NCBI GenBank assembly: GCA_964016885.1
Contig: OZ024741.1
Coordinates: forward strand, 141,546,001-141,610,000
DNA: 64,000 bases
Direction of reading: 5' to 3'
DNA from: Eledone cirrhosa
Lineage: Eukaryota
Within the stretch, counting starts at the first letter, position 1, and every line of letters starts with the position of its first letter. The notes under the pieces are model-generated. The model saw only the letters and a program-made list of their open reading frames with translations. It ran no database searches and was not told where the DNA came from. Both the position numbers and the translations under genes were made by a program. This document shows positions 38,175 through 51,847 of this stretch, one piece after another.

Positions 38175-38700
38175 ACCGGAATTTGAACTCAGAACACGCA
38201 GTATCAGAACAGATACCAAATGTTATTTTTAACGATTCTGCCAATCCACTGCTCCTGAATTGATACTTTATTTTAATGACCCCGAAAGGATGAAAGGAAA
38301 AATTGATTTCGGTGGGATTTGAACTCACACTGCAGAGGATCAGAACAAATATCGAGGCATTTAATCTGAGGCTCTAACAATTCTGCCAATTTGTCTCTCA
38401 TACATTGTATTTATTAATGGGTGGGTGGCTGGATGGATGGAGATGTAACTCCTGGTGGTAAGGGCACCCTATTGACATACGGCGTATCTAGGACATTTAA
38501 AAACTGGCAGAGTCCATCTCCTCTTCAGGTCGGAACACATCCGATTTCTACCAGAGATGGAAAAAGAGTGAAAGTGAGAAAGAGATATGGAGGAAGAATT
38601 GACATTCGTACTGGACTGGAAATTTTTTTTATCGACCTTGAAAGGATGAAAGGCAAAGTTGACCTCGGTGTGTTTTGATCTCTACCGAATCTGCTAATTA
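38175..38700 (-). mobile_element. SINE S1 fragments
   Basis: ATTTGAACTCA boxes at ~38181 and ~38317; GAAAGGATGAAAGG...GTTGACCTCGG at ~38640. Confidence 0.65.
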
Positions 38701-39285
38701 CCCGACATGTCATACATACTATTCATTTTCTATATCGGTTATTGTTGTTGATCTAAGTCGGATAAACGCCGTTCCATTTCACATTTACTTTATTATCATT
38801 TAAATGTGTTTTATTACTTCTTTGATCGCTCTTCCTACATTAATTACCTTCAATTCATGTATACAGATATAATGTTTTATTTAAAACAAATTCTTTAATG
38901 ACTCTATTCTAAATCTAGATACAAACTCTTAAATAGCTTTTAATTACACTACACAGCTTCATTCACCTTTTAGCTATGGCTATATACTCGCCATTAAGCT
39001 AATTAAATTAATTAATATTTCCTAATTATATATATATCCAATACTATATCTCGTCCGTAAAGGTTTTCGCTCTGCAGCATATTGCCATCCTGTTATACAA
39101 ATGCATAAAACAAACCTCATATTTTAAATTTTTTTTTTTTATTATATATTCTGTTCTTTTCTCTTTTCGTTTTGTTTTTGGAGTTCTTTCTTTGAATTTT
39201 TTCTACTATCTCTATTTTCTAGTCACGTCAATCTAATTCATTTTTTATTAATTTGATTTCATATATTTTCGCTAATGATAATTGA

Positions 39286-39560
39286 AGTCGCGTGGCGTAG
39301 TTTTAGAGTGTTCGGCTCACTATTGTACATTCGATCCCAGCGTCTCGTTTTGACCTTGAACAAGAAACTGTACTTTGTACTGCTCCATCCCACTCAGTTT
39401 GCGTAAAAGAGTTGTGTCTATAACTAAAAAGAGCAGCCTTGTCACACACCGTTTTACACTGTTACGGTTGCAAGTTTCTATTGAAGCCTCAGCCGCTTGC
39501 ACATTAATTTCACGACAAACTGGCTCATTCGACGTCGGAACCGAAGGATCTCCAACAACA
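39286..39560 (+). mobile_element. SINE S2 (CORE-like), near full length
   Basis: A-box GTGGCGTAGTTTTAG, B-box ATTCGATCCC, CORE-like TGACCTTGAACAAGAAACT, and the shared tail. Confidence 0.65.
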
Positions 39561-42479
39561 AGCTATATATTATAATGTTTGTAATTCTACATAAAACCTC
39601 TTAATTATACGGTTTCGGAATGGGATTTTAATAATTCCTATAACTATTATTGTTTCTTTAGCCTACTGTATCTTTGTTTCAAAAAACAAATTCTTCCTAA
39701 AATACCGTGTTTTGTTTTGTTTGTTTGTATGTTTTTATTTTATTTTTGGTGGGAGAGGGGTTACCACACCGGTGTGAGAAAGAAAATAGAATAAATTTTA
39801 CCGCACTTAATTATATTATAGTACAAGTATAGTATTTAGGTCGATTCTTCTTCTATGTCTCTTCTCACTTCCTATACCTCATTCTCCCATCACCCTCGCT
39901 TTCTCTGGAAAGATTCGAACGTGATCAGATCTGGAGTGAGTAAGCTTTATCAGGTTTATATGACAGAGACAGCACCCTAAAGATTCGATCGAAAGATGAT
40001 AGCCCGTAGATTTATTTATTAGGTTTACAATTTAATTTAAGGTGAATGGATTTAACGTTATTCGTTAAGCTAGAATGGGGTATCTTCAGATGGTTGTATA
40101 TTATCAAATTATTACTAAACAGTATTAAGATGAACGCATCAAAGAGGAAACCTTTAAATAGTATAAGAATATTTTAAAATATTAAATTGTTTAGCTTACG
40201 CTTTATAAAGAACTAACATAAAAGAGCCGTTTGACATTTTGAAATGGTTTAGCAGAAAATATCTAAAAATAGGTTTGTTCAGATGTTTATAGTACCTTCA
40301 CTGGTTGACAGATTGTTTTGCAAATTTGCAATATTTGAGTAAAGGCGAAAAATGTAATCTAGTACAGCCATAATCTTGTGGTTTTTTTCATGAATGTTTT
40401 GCTAATTTGGTTCCTTGTGGTTTGTTAATTCAAATGCTTATATTAAATTTACATTCTGAAAATGTGCAGTATTAGAATAAATACTTTTATTGTAAATGTG
40501 ATATAATTTATTAGTGTTTTATTCGTTCAAGAATGTTTTGCTAAAGTGGTTTCATGTAGTACAGGATGTTAAGAGTTAAACTAAAAATGTGTAAGAGACC
40601 TTTAACAATCAAAATCATATAATCGAGTTAAAATAGTTAAAATGGGTGTTCTTTATATATATTACATATCGACGTGTGTAAATACGAAAAATATAATATA
40701 AAAGAAAGATGCTTCATCAGCTTAGGGATTAAGGTAAATATTTACTTCTGCAGATCGGACATAATTAAGATAGGCTAATTACTTAGTTGATAATAAGTAT
40801 AAAATTGTAATAGCGTACATTCAAAGTGGGTCGATATTGAAATTATTCGTTCTTTGTTTGGTATAAGTATATTAACGTTTCGTTATCTCTACAACCTCAT
40901 CTTCCGAATAAGAATTGCTGACTCCTCGTCCGACGGTGAGATCTCCCACCCACTTTGGGGTGGCTGAGAGATGTCTTCTCTTGTGAAAATGAGTATAGCT
41001 TTCATTATGTAAAATCTCACTATTTTGCTTCATTTCTCCCCGTTTTGGGGTACCTTTTTCATGGTGCTCCCCGTTTGGGTTTATAAAGATTGGTATGTCT
41101 GGAATTGAAACAATAGTCGCGTGTTTTGCAGTGATCACAAAGGATCATGGGAGTAGTAGTAAATTAATGAACGTTAGATTTTAAAGAAGTTAAAGAAGGT
41201 ATGTTTTTATAATTATTATAATTGCAACAAAATTAGATGGGAAAACATTAGTTGACAACACTATCATTTTATATAGATTACCACACGGAACATAGAGATT
41301 AATTATTTACTAATATATCAAAAATATAAATCAAACATTGACAGTTACTGCTAAACATGAAACCAATTAAACCGTTCATCCCTATATTTACAATCAGTTA
41401 TATTTATACAGTTACACAATTTTATATTTTGATGAAGTTGCACGCAACTTGATTATTTCAGATATACATATAAGTTTTCACCTGTATGTTTGCATAATTT
41501 CCCTGCTTGTAATCATTTAAACGATTTTTTTCTTTCTTTCGCACCTGTTACTCGTTCTTCTGATGTTCAGTTACCTTTTAATTTAATATTCTAAAGTTTA
41601 ATAAATCTTTTTATGCAATTTTCCTTAATATATTATATTCTAACAAAAGGTAGAGTTAACTAATTTAATAATATTCCTCTGAAATCTCTCTTTCTTTCTC
41701 TCTCTCTCTCTCAAATATTATTTTGTCTTTTGCGTTAACTCATTATTTTTGCTCCCAAACCATTGCAAAGAAAACAAATTTAACCATATTTATAATCTAA
41801 GGATTCCCTGTAACTTGTGTATGTTTTAATAAATATTTCCTCCCTATCGTGTATACTCCTCATTACATCGACTATATTTTAAGATACACTCACTTAATAA
41901 ATATTTTATGGTTATTCACCTAAATCTGACGCGTTTCCAAACAATATCTATATACATAATTTAATAATGCTCTTTCGACAGCTAACTTTTTTCCTCTCCC
42001 AATTTGTAGTCCTACGAATACGTGTTTCGTCATTTCTTCTAATTTGTATCTTTCCTAAATAAGCTACGGATGACTAAATATGTATAATAATAGTCTTGTG
42101 ACACCTAAAGTGTCCATTCCCATTTCGTGTAATTAAGAATATTCCATTACTTTATCTAGATGTCACATTCTATAACTACATACACTTAAGCCATTTAACG
42201 TCATATATTTTACAACTTGGTTTTAACACACCAAACTTGCAAATTTTACTTACACTCGTAATCCTTTCAATGTTGTTGGCTGAAATATTGATATATTTTA
42301 TTTTTCAAATACTCAGACAAGATCGTCCGTATTGTTTATTAAATTGCAGTCCAGTCCACAATCAATATAATTGCTATTATGTTAATACAGAATTAAACGT
42401 ATTAATTTCACACTTTACCGTCACCACAGTTTGTCGTCATTCAGCTTCCCTAGTAATTTGTTTCTTTTTTCAACTTTTT

Positions 42480-42625
42480 TTTATTTTGCTTATTTGCTGA
42501 ATTGTGTCATTAGACAGCGGTCATACTGGAGCACCGTTTCTATTTAATCAGTCATATCAAACCTAGTAGTGTTTTTTTTCAAATTTTGTTGAATTTATTA
42601 ATTTCTTTTATGTCGAAAAATAAAG
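42480..42625 (-). mobile_element. SINE fragment with a CR1-like tail
   Basis: Minus-strand CGGTGCTCCAGTATGACCGC (42517-42536) matches the CR1 3' UTR at 8833-8852 at 15/20 positions. Confidence 0.5.
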
Positions 42626-42737
42626 ACACATACATAAAGACACATACGTACGTACAGTCACAGCTGCTCACATACACACACGCACACATATATGTATTTG
42701 TATGTATATATATATGTGTGTGTGTGTGCATACATAT

Positions 42738-43665
42738 GTATATAGTATAAAAGAGAATACACAGGTAAGCATTAAGAGAAGGATTTTATCCAGGTATTTA
42801 CGACCATTTCATTGGTAAGTGCAGCCTTACTTAGACTTTATACCCTCTTGTTGTATCTAAACCCTTTTAATTACCCACAAAACCAATACATATATCCCCC
42901 TCTTCTCCCTCATTCCTCTTCTATTTCTTCGATTTCTTCTTTCCTTCCCTCCCCTTCTTGGCTATCTTTTCTTTTCTTCTTTCTCATCCCCTTCTTTGCT
43001 TTTATTTTTGTCATTATTATCTTTATCTTTATTTTTTATTGTTTTTATATATATATATATATATATATATTTATCTCTTTATATCTTCCCCCTCTCTCTC
43101 TCCCTCTCTATCCATCCCTCCCACTATGATCAATTTAATTCTCTTTAACTCACTACATTCCACGACATGAAGTCTGCTATCAAAACTAACCAAATAATCC
43201 TTCCACCTCTACCCCTCCCTCCATCTCAGTTTGTCACTACTTCCTACCTCGTCCCCCTTCCTCTCTCTCTATACTATTCCGTGTGTCCCCTCACCTTCTG
43301 ATTCCTCTCTCTCTATACTAGTAAATACAATTCCAAATAAATGTGTTTCTCTATATATTAAGAATTATTTCAAGAGTAACTTACTCACTATTTTGAAAAT
43401 TTGGACTGTGAACAACAGTTATAATTGAGTGGCTGCTATTTGCAATTTAAGGCTGCACTTACCAATGAAACGGTCGTAAATACCTGGATAAAATCCTTCT
43501 CTTAATGCTTACCTGTGTTTTCTCTTTTATACTTTATACTCCAAGATTGAACGGAATTCTTACAAACTTGTGGAGTTACCCCTAACCGTACGTTGAGATC
43601 ATCCATGAAACTGGTTTTCTTAACCAAGAACTGGATCACAATAAGCAATTTTTTGCTTCTCTAAC
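42738..43665 (+). mobile_element. PLE-type non-coding insertion with a 92-bp inverted repeat
   Basis: Arms 42738-42829 and 43448-43539; right arm contains GAAAC-GGTC-GTA; flanked by TA-rich microsatellite. Confidence 0.65.
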
Positions 43666-43699
43666 TACATATGTATATATATATAGATACATATATAGA

Positions 43700-44483
43700 G
43701 AGAAAAGGTGAAGTTGGAAATGGCACGGAAAATATATTTTAGGGACTGCTTTTCTTCTTTTCTTTTCCTTTCTTTGATTCGTGAAAGTGACATTATTGAA
43801 AATATGAGAGGGACAATTCTTTTAAAAAAGAGTATTATAATGTATATAAGTATTAACTGTTTCGATGTATTATTAAAATTCATCTTATCAAATGTTGAGT
43901 ATTACAATTAAAAAGAATTAATAAGAATTAAAATTAAAGATGTTGTTTCTTGCTGAGAAGGAGACTGGAGAATGAACTTTTGTGTATAGAGAGAGGAGTG
44001 TCGTCATAAAGTAGCAGCAGTAGTGGTAGTAGGTGTGTTTCTTCACAGAACAAAATTGTTTTTTTGGGGGGACAAAGAAAATATTCTGTAAATATGTGTG
44101 TGTATCTCGATTGTGTTAATGGAATGGTCAAGAGTTCAAATGTAGATGGCAAGGGTGGGTGTAAGCTAGAGACAAATTCTATGGCAACAGTAGGGTTGTA
44201 AGAGAAATTCTATTTTTGGAATATGGTTTTTAGGGAATGTGTGTGGTGTGAGAGTGTATATATAAAAATACACACGTGTGGGGCAGGCGTGCTTCAGCCT
44301 GTCTGTCAAGGGTCTCCTTTTTAAAAGAATTGTCCCTGTTATTTTTTCAATAATGTCACTTTGACGAATTAAAGAAAGGAAAAAAAAGAAAAACGGACCC
44401 TAAAATATATTTTCCACGCTATTTCCAACTCCACCTAGTCTCTATAACCACTGTTTTATATAAAACCTGACTTCCCTTTTCTA

Positions 44484-44485
<2 letters not shown>
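43700..44485. mobile_element. PLE-type insertion with a diverged ~125-bp inverted repeat
   Basis: About 43707-43830 is the reverse complement of about 44312-44435 (AAAGTGACATTATTGAAAA, AGGGACAATTCTTTTAAAAA); (TA)n on both sides. Confidence 0.55.
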
Positions 44486-44519
<34 letters not shown>

Positions 44520-45229
44520 TAAAGCTGGCACACTTTAAAATTAACACCCTAGTCAATGTAACCTTTAGCAATGTATCCTTCTCCAAGATTCCACGAACAT
44601 CTGACATCTATATAATGCAGACCAAGCAACTACATAGAAACACCCAAATCAGCTAGCCCTGGAGGACTTCCACGAAGATAATCGGATAAATGGAAACATT
44701 CAGGTGTCAAACTAAATGCTTTACATTCCCCTGAATCTGGAAGTTTCTGCTGAAGATAGAATGGGCATTCCAGTGGTTCTGAACCCCTTTTTGTGGCAGC
44801 ATTTTCTCCAATCCCCTATATCTGAAATTTGTGCTAGGGATGGAATTAGTATTTCAATAACTCTGAATCTTCTTTGTGGCAAAAAAAAACAAGGTCAATG
44901 TTGATGATTTCTTCTAAGAAAAAATTCCAAGATAGATATTTTTAGAAGCAATACCCCGCCCGGTCAATTCTAAGGTCACCCGGCCTTTCAAACCAATCCC
45001 AGCTGGAACTTGTAACCACTCCTCAAGGGGCCTCTCTGAGCAGTCTGCTAACACAAGTATCCCCTGCCTCTTCCTCCTCATCCTTCTTCTTCTCTTCTCC
45101 CCTCCTTCCTCTCCTACTACCAGTCACAACCAGAGAAGCAGAGTAGGATGGACATAGAAATGAACTCTCTTCTCTGAATGAACATGTATGTGAAAATTAA
45201 TTTTTCTTCTTTTTATTTTCATATTATTG

Positions 45230-47005
45230 TTCTTTGAGTCTCAGTCATTGATGTTATTTAACTGGAAAGTTTGTTGAAATGAATATCAAGCTGCTACCTG
45301 CAGCCTCAGACATTCAGGACGTATCGGAGGGTTCTTGCTGATCCCAGCAAGCATGCCTTTTGAAGTGTTCCAAAAAGCGGGGCTGGACTAATCCTCTTTA
45401 ACCATACTTGGAAACTCTTTGAGATAGTACCTAGTGCGCCTATGACAATCGGGACGACCTTGATTTCCTGGCAGTTCCAAATCCTTTTTAACTCGCACTT
45501 TAAGTCGTGGTATCAGTTAATTTTCTCCCTCTTCTTTTCTTGTACTCTCGTGTTAAATGGGCAGGCTACATCTACAATCAGGCACGATCGTTTTTCCCTG
45601 TCCTAAACCACCTGGTCAGGCCTATTGTGTTCTAATTTCTTGTCCGTCTGTATCCTAAGATCCCATAGCACCTTCACCTGATCGTTTTCTATCACCGACT
45701 GTGGCTTATGCTCATACTACTTCTCAGAATGTGGTAAATTGTTTACTTTGCATAGATGCCAGTGGATCACCCTGCCTATCACATCATGTCTCCAGCCTTT
45801 ATAGTGATTCTGGGCTACGTGTTTACACACGTATACAATGTGATCCACAGTCTCCTCTCTCTCTCCACAGATCTACACAGTGAGCTAGCCTGCTCTTGTC
45901 AATAAGGTGTTTCACCAACTTTGTTCTGAGGGTTTGCTCTTGCGCAGTCATAGCATTCTTTCTGTAGCTTTTTTAAGGTCTCCTCTTTTTAACCAGTTCC
46001 CTGTCTTAAAGAAGGTACTATGAAGGAGTTTTTCATGAAGGTTGCTCTTCTTCCTTGTTGTTATTTCCTCCTTGGACATCCCCTGGTCTATTGTCCTCTC
46101 CTTCAGTACAATTTTGAGCATTGGCTCCCTACTGTCAGTCATATGTTTGTGCAGGTTGTTTTTCGCCATCTGAACACAGTCATCTATGCTGATAAGACCT
46201 CTTCCACCTTCAGATCTCTTTAAGTAGAGTCTATCGACTTCACTCCTCTTGTGGAACATGTTGTAGATAGTCAAGAGCTTCCTAGTCTTCCTATCCATTT
46301 CTTTTTGTTCAGCAACATTCCATTTCAGAATTCCCGCACTGTACCTAATAATAGACAAAGCTCGGGAATTCCCTGCACTTATGACATTCCTACTATTTTG
46401 ATGTGATTTTAATACTCTCCTTACTCTCCTAATGTACTCAGATCTTATCAATTCATTCATTTTTTTCTTGGTGTCATCTGCCTCCAGAACACCTAAATAT
46501 TTGTATCCTTCTTCAGTGTCAATTTTCTTTATCATCTCACCTGTTGGTACCTGGATTCCGTTGCTTCTGCTCAATTTAGCCCCTCTCCATCACAAGGACT
46601 CCACACTTACTAATACCAAATTGCATACATATATCATTGCTGAAAATACGGACAGTGTCAACAAGCACATCCAACTCCTTCTCACTCTTCCTGAAGAGCT
46701 TAAGATCGTCCATGAAGAGCAGGTGATTGATGGTAAGCTCTCCCTTTCCCAACTTGTATCCTGCTCTCACTTTTCGCAGTATAATGGTCAGGGGCATCAG
46801 GGCAGGGACAAACAACAGAGGGGACAGACTATCTCCCCGGAAGATACCTCTCTTGATCTTCACGCCTCCCAAGGATTCTCCAGCTAATGTTAACTCTGTT
46901 TCCCAGGTATTCATACTTTTGCTCAACAACTGTCTGATGTTATCTGCCACCTTGAAGATCTCTAGGCTTTTGGTTATCCAAGAAAGAGGCACCATGTCAA
47001 ATGCC

Positions 47006-47007
<2 letters not shown>
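45230..47007 (-). mobile_element. R4/Dong family A, 5'-truncated and decayed (copy A5)
   Basis: Collinear with 17971-19775; starts at the KAFD motif immediately after (TAA)n at 47008-47075. Confidence 0.92.
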
Positions 47008-47067
<60 letters not shown>

Positions 47068-47267
47068 TACTATTATCACTACCTGTACAAATATGCAACT
47101 TAACAATATGCTGCATATCCGCAGTTGACAATGCATATAATGCTGAAACCGGTATTGTAAATAAATTGATGTTTTGATATCTCACTGAAAAAGATCTCTT
47201 CGACATTTTCTACTGAAAGAATCTTTTTCCTTTCTAACATTTGTTTTCATATATATATATATATATA

Positions 47268-49168
47268 TCTTAGTCTTAGTCTTAGTTCCTCCAGTCCCTT
47301 GTGGAACATTGGGCGACGAGCTTCCTCTTCTTGATCCTGTCACTGGCGACCCTTCTAGCACCTCTCCATGCAATTCCCATCTCCTGCAGGTCCTCCCTGA
47401 ATGTGCTCCGCCATGTTTTTCGTGGTCTTTCCCGTTCTCTCCTGCCACCTTCTGGTACCCAATCCGTGGCAATATGAGCAGGTCGATCTGCCGGCAAACG
47501 AAGGATGTGGCCCGCGAACCGCCGTCTCTTTTTCCGAACAATGTCCCTTAACCTCTCCAATCGTGACCTCCTCATCACTTCCTCGTTGCTAACTTGGTCT
47601 CTCCATGAAATTTTCAATATGGTCCGAATTCAACGACTGTGGAATACATCAAGCTTGTTACACACACTTTCCATACTGTTCTATGTCTCACAGGCATATA
47701 TCGCTGTTGGTACTACAATGGACATGTAAACACGGAATTTGACGGCGTTGCGGATGGAACACCTGGACCATACCGGACGGAGTCACTGCAAGACCGCCGC
47801 TGCTTTTCCCAGCCTTGTGCGCCCATCCACCGCAAAATCCCCATCGTCAGAGATGTTGCTGCCAAGGTATTGGAAGTGATTTACACATTCAATGTTACGC
47901 TGACCAACCATGATGGGAGGATTTGGAGGGTCACCTGTCGACATGCTCTTGGTTTTTTCACAACTGATGCGCAGGCCAACTTTCTCTGCATTGTCATTTA
48001 GAACGTTTATCATCTCTTGCAGGTCTTCTCGGGAATGGTCTATCACTGCGATGTCATCGGCAAAGTCCAGGTCGCTTAATCTCCTTCCATCCCAACTGAT
48101 GCCAAAACGATGGTCTCTCATTGTCTTCTTCATGATGAAATCGATGACAATGAGGAAAAGGAAAGGCGAAAGGATGCAGCCTTGTCGAACACCCGTCAAG
48201 ATGTCAAACATTTCCGTGTTTCCATCCTTTGTCCTAACGCAGCACCTGGAATGTCGGTACAGCGACCTGAAGATGTTATTATATTTTTCTGGGACACCGT
48301 AGAGTCTTACAATCTTCCAAAATGACTGCCGATGAACACTGTCGAAAGCTTTTCTGAAGTCAATGTAGTTTACAACAAGGGACTTGTGGAACTCCCGACA
48401 TTGTTCAATGATATTTCGGAGAGTGAAGATCTGTTCTGGACAAGACCTTCTACTGCAGAAGCCAGCCTGTTCGTCTCGAAGATGACGATCTACTTCTGCT
48501 CTCACCGGTTCAGGATGACTGTGCAGAATTCCTTCCCTGGCACTGATAGCAACGTGATCCCTCTCCAGTTGTTGCAGTCGCTGAGACAGCCCTTCTTCGG
48601 TAGTGGTACAATCACTTCATTTCCCCAGTCCTCCGGCACCTCCTGTTCTTGCCAAATCACATTGCATATATGGGTGAGCTGCTGCTCTATTACATCCTTG
48701 CCGTGCTTCAGAAGCTCTGCAGGAATCTCATCCAGCCCTGCCGCTTTGTTATTCTTTTGGCAGCGAATGGTCTTGGCCACCTCAGCTCTTGTGATGTCGT
48801 CTAGTCGTACATCCAGCCGGTAGCTCGCTTCCTCCGAGTCAAGCTCGAAGACTGTGTTGGGGGATGGCTGATTGAGGACCTCAGGAAAGTGTTCGTTCTA
48901 CCTCTGGGCCTGCTCTTCACTGGCTGCAAGCATCCGACAATCTTTGCTCTTGTTTGGCAAACTGCTTCCACTTCGTCCTCCAGTTAGCTCTCTGACGATC
49001 CGGTACAGCGTCTTGGAATCATTTCGATCTGCTGCCACCTGTGCCTCTGCAGCCCGATCTTCTAACCACTGGCGCTTGTCTTTTCGACAGCTCTTCTTTA
49101 CTTCCTTGTCAAGACGTCTGTACTCTTTGTCCACTTCCTTCCATTGCTGTCGAGTTTTGGTTTGATCT
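47268..49168 (-). mobile_element. RTE-clade LINE, 5'-truncated and decayed
   Basis: KAAGLDEIPAELLK, CNNWRGITLLS, IDFRKAFDSV, GVRQGCILSPFLF, FADD and GRRERERPRKTW; no 3' UTR, (CTAAGA)n tail; inserted in (TA)n. Confidence 0.92.
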
Positions 49169-49233
49169 CTTATATATATATGCATATGGATTTATTATAT
49201 ATATCTATATATATATATATATATACATATATA

Positions 49234-49340
49234 TAAGCAAAGAATCACTGCTTTCACCCTTAGAGGGTTCTTCAGGATATCCCGCTAAGGGTGACAGCAG
49301 GGATTCTTTGCTTAAACTTTAATCTATTATTTTAATAAAT
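49234..49340 (+). mobile_element. Short fold-back PLE-type end with a hammerhead-like core
   Basis: Imperfect inverted arms spanning 49234-49314; minus strand reads CTGAAGA-ACCCT-CTA-AGGGT-GAAA; related copy at ~61075-61140 (-). Confidence 0.55.
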
Positions 49341-49369
49341 ATACATATATATATTAGAAAATAAGGTTT

Positions 49370-50394
49370 TTTTTACAAAATGAAAAAAAAACGAGATGTC
49401 CTACATGAGTGAAAGTATAAGGAAAAAAGATGAAATCGAAAATGCAACTGGAGTCTTTTTAAGAATATTTATTAGGTTCCTTTACCGGTTTCGCAGTTCT
49501 TGGGATTTTCAAAAGTAGAATTGAGATGGAGGGTTTGTGGGTTGCTCTCGCATCTGGTTTACTTCTGTTTTATATGGAAAAAAGTGGCTCGAAATGCTAG
49601 GTTTTTCGAAAAGTAATTTGGTTGGTTGATGACTGTCATGTGAATAGGTATAATAAATTTCACGCCAGTTCGCGTTACAAAGTTCTTATTATATTTGCCT
49701 TTAAAAAGGGGGGGGGGGGCGCTCAGATTGTTTTTTTCATATATGTGTGAAATTTGGTTGGTTGATGCAGTCACGTGTATAAGCACATCAACCTTTGCGC
49801 CAGTTTGTGTTTGAGTTTCTTCTTACTTTAAAAAGTGACACAAAAAAGTTTTTTCATACATGTAATTTGATTGGTTATAAATGAAATTATGACTGTCACG
49901 TGAACAAGTACATTAAAATCGCCCCCGTATTTGGGAATTTGTTTTATAGCCATTTAGAGAAATTTGTGCCAAACAAAATGTAATGGTCATGAAAAAAGGG
50001 ATGGGGAGAATTGTTCTGGTTTAGTGAGTATGGCTGATGTGTTGAGGTGTCAAAATTCAGACTTTCTATTGAAATAAAGAAAATAGAGATATGTATTTTT
50101 ATTTGTGTGTGTGTGTAGGAAAATGATTCTATTAGTAGAAATGGGGGAGGGAGTTATGTGTGTGTGTATGGGTGTTATATGTGTGTGTATATGTGTGTGG
50201 GAGTATGGTTAGCATGTAAAGAGGGAGAGAATATATATTTGTGTGTGTGTGTGTGTAGGAAAATGATTCCATTAGTAGAAATGGGGGAGGGAGTTATGTC
50301 CGTGGGGGGTAGGATTAGCATGTTAAAGTGTTAGAGTATTAACGTGTGTTAAGGTTTATTTAGCTCTGGTTTTTATTTTCGAATATAGAAGGTG

Positions 50395-50481
<87 letters not shown>

Positions 50482-51690
50482 TGCTCGGATGGTTAGCACG
50501 TTATGGTGTTAACATAATGTATATTAAACTATATTTAATGCTGGTCTATATTTTTGAATAAACATATTTTCCTTATTTATTCGTATTTGTTCTGTTGTAT
50601 TGTCAGCGCAAAGATAAAATGGGAAGACTTGGAATTTGGGTGTCTTATCATTTGCAGATATGTCTAGATGTGCACTTAGTGGTATCTGTCTTGTGGTAGG
50701 GTCTCGTAATTGTTGGCGATGAATTGTCATTCTGTTTCTGAGTGTGAGTTTAGTTTGTCCTATATAATCTTCATTACATCCTTTATATTTAATGGCATAA
50801 ACTAAATTTTTTGATGAGCAAGTGAAGTGATTTTTTACAACAAAATTTTGTCCTGATTGAAATGTATACATGTTGTCTTCAATGAGGTGAGTGCAGGTTC
50901 CACAATTAGAGCGACCACCTTTTTTTACAGTTGGTTTGTGGTAGGTAATTTGGCATTGGTGGGTAATGTTTTTAGTGATTTGGGTTGTCTTTTGATTATT
51001 TTGTGTGTTTCAAGGGCTTTTTTCATTCTTGGGTCTTGTTTCAATAGGTGAATGTTCTTGTGAATAATGTTGTAAGCTTCTGCATTTCTTGGGTTGTGTG
51101 TTGAGATATATGATAGAATATTGGACGTACCTTGAATTTGTTTCTGTTTTCGTAATTCATCAATGCCTATTGCTTTAGTCCTTTCTATTCTATTATTTAT
51201 TAGTAATGGTGGGTACTGTCTTTCGAGTAGAATTTCCTTTAATTCTTGAAGTCTTTTATTTCGCGTTTCATAATTGGAAACAATTGTGCAGATTCTTCTT
51301 GCTAGGTTAAATGTTCTTGCTAGGTTCGTCTTTGTGTGCTTTGGATGGTTAGAGGTAAATAGCAGGTATTGTTTGGAATCTGTTGATTTGTAGTGTATGT
51401 CAGTTTGAATATTTGTGTCTTTTTTTATCATTAAGATGTCCAGAAATGGGAGGTGATCCTGGCTGTATTACATTGTGAATTGGGTGTGGTTATTGATGCC
51501 GTTAATTAAATTGTTGAAATCATTTAGTTGGTCGAGTGTGTGTGACCAAAGAATAAAACAATCATGCAAATAGAGTTTCCAATTCTCTGATAAATATTTG
51601 TGGAAGTTCAATCCGTATTTTGATTTGTAGTGTTCATATATCTGGACTTCCAAATATGTTATGACTAAATTAGCATATGCATACATACAT
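49370..51690 (-). mobile_element. Penelope-like element (Neptune-like): RT C-half + GIY-YIG endonuclease + 3' region, decayed
   Basis: AYANLVI, WKLYLHDCFILW, LPFLD, YKSTDSKQYL..SNHPKH, Cys-containing linker and CSSKNLVYAIKYKGCNEDYIGQT...RMTIH; degenerate hammerhead half GAAACCGGTA at ~49483-49492 followed by AATAAA. Confidence 0.88.
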
Positions 51691-51731
51691 CCATATATTT
51701 ATATATGTATACATACATCCATGGATGTATG

Positions 51732-51762
<31 letters not shown>

Positions 51763-51847
51763 ATGGATGGATGTATATAAATATACATATATATGTATAT
51801 ATACAATGATATTAAATAAATGGAAACTATATTTATAAAACCATATT

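Noticed and set aside
34050-45200. Host gene exons in the less repetitive interval
   Set aside because: No ORF with a recognisable domain and no convincing splice pattern; small exons cannot be excluded without RNA data.
47268-47287. (CTAAGA/TTAGTC)n as a telomere-like repeat
   Set aside because: Three units directly at the RTE stop codon; an ordinary RTE tandem tail.
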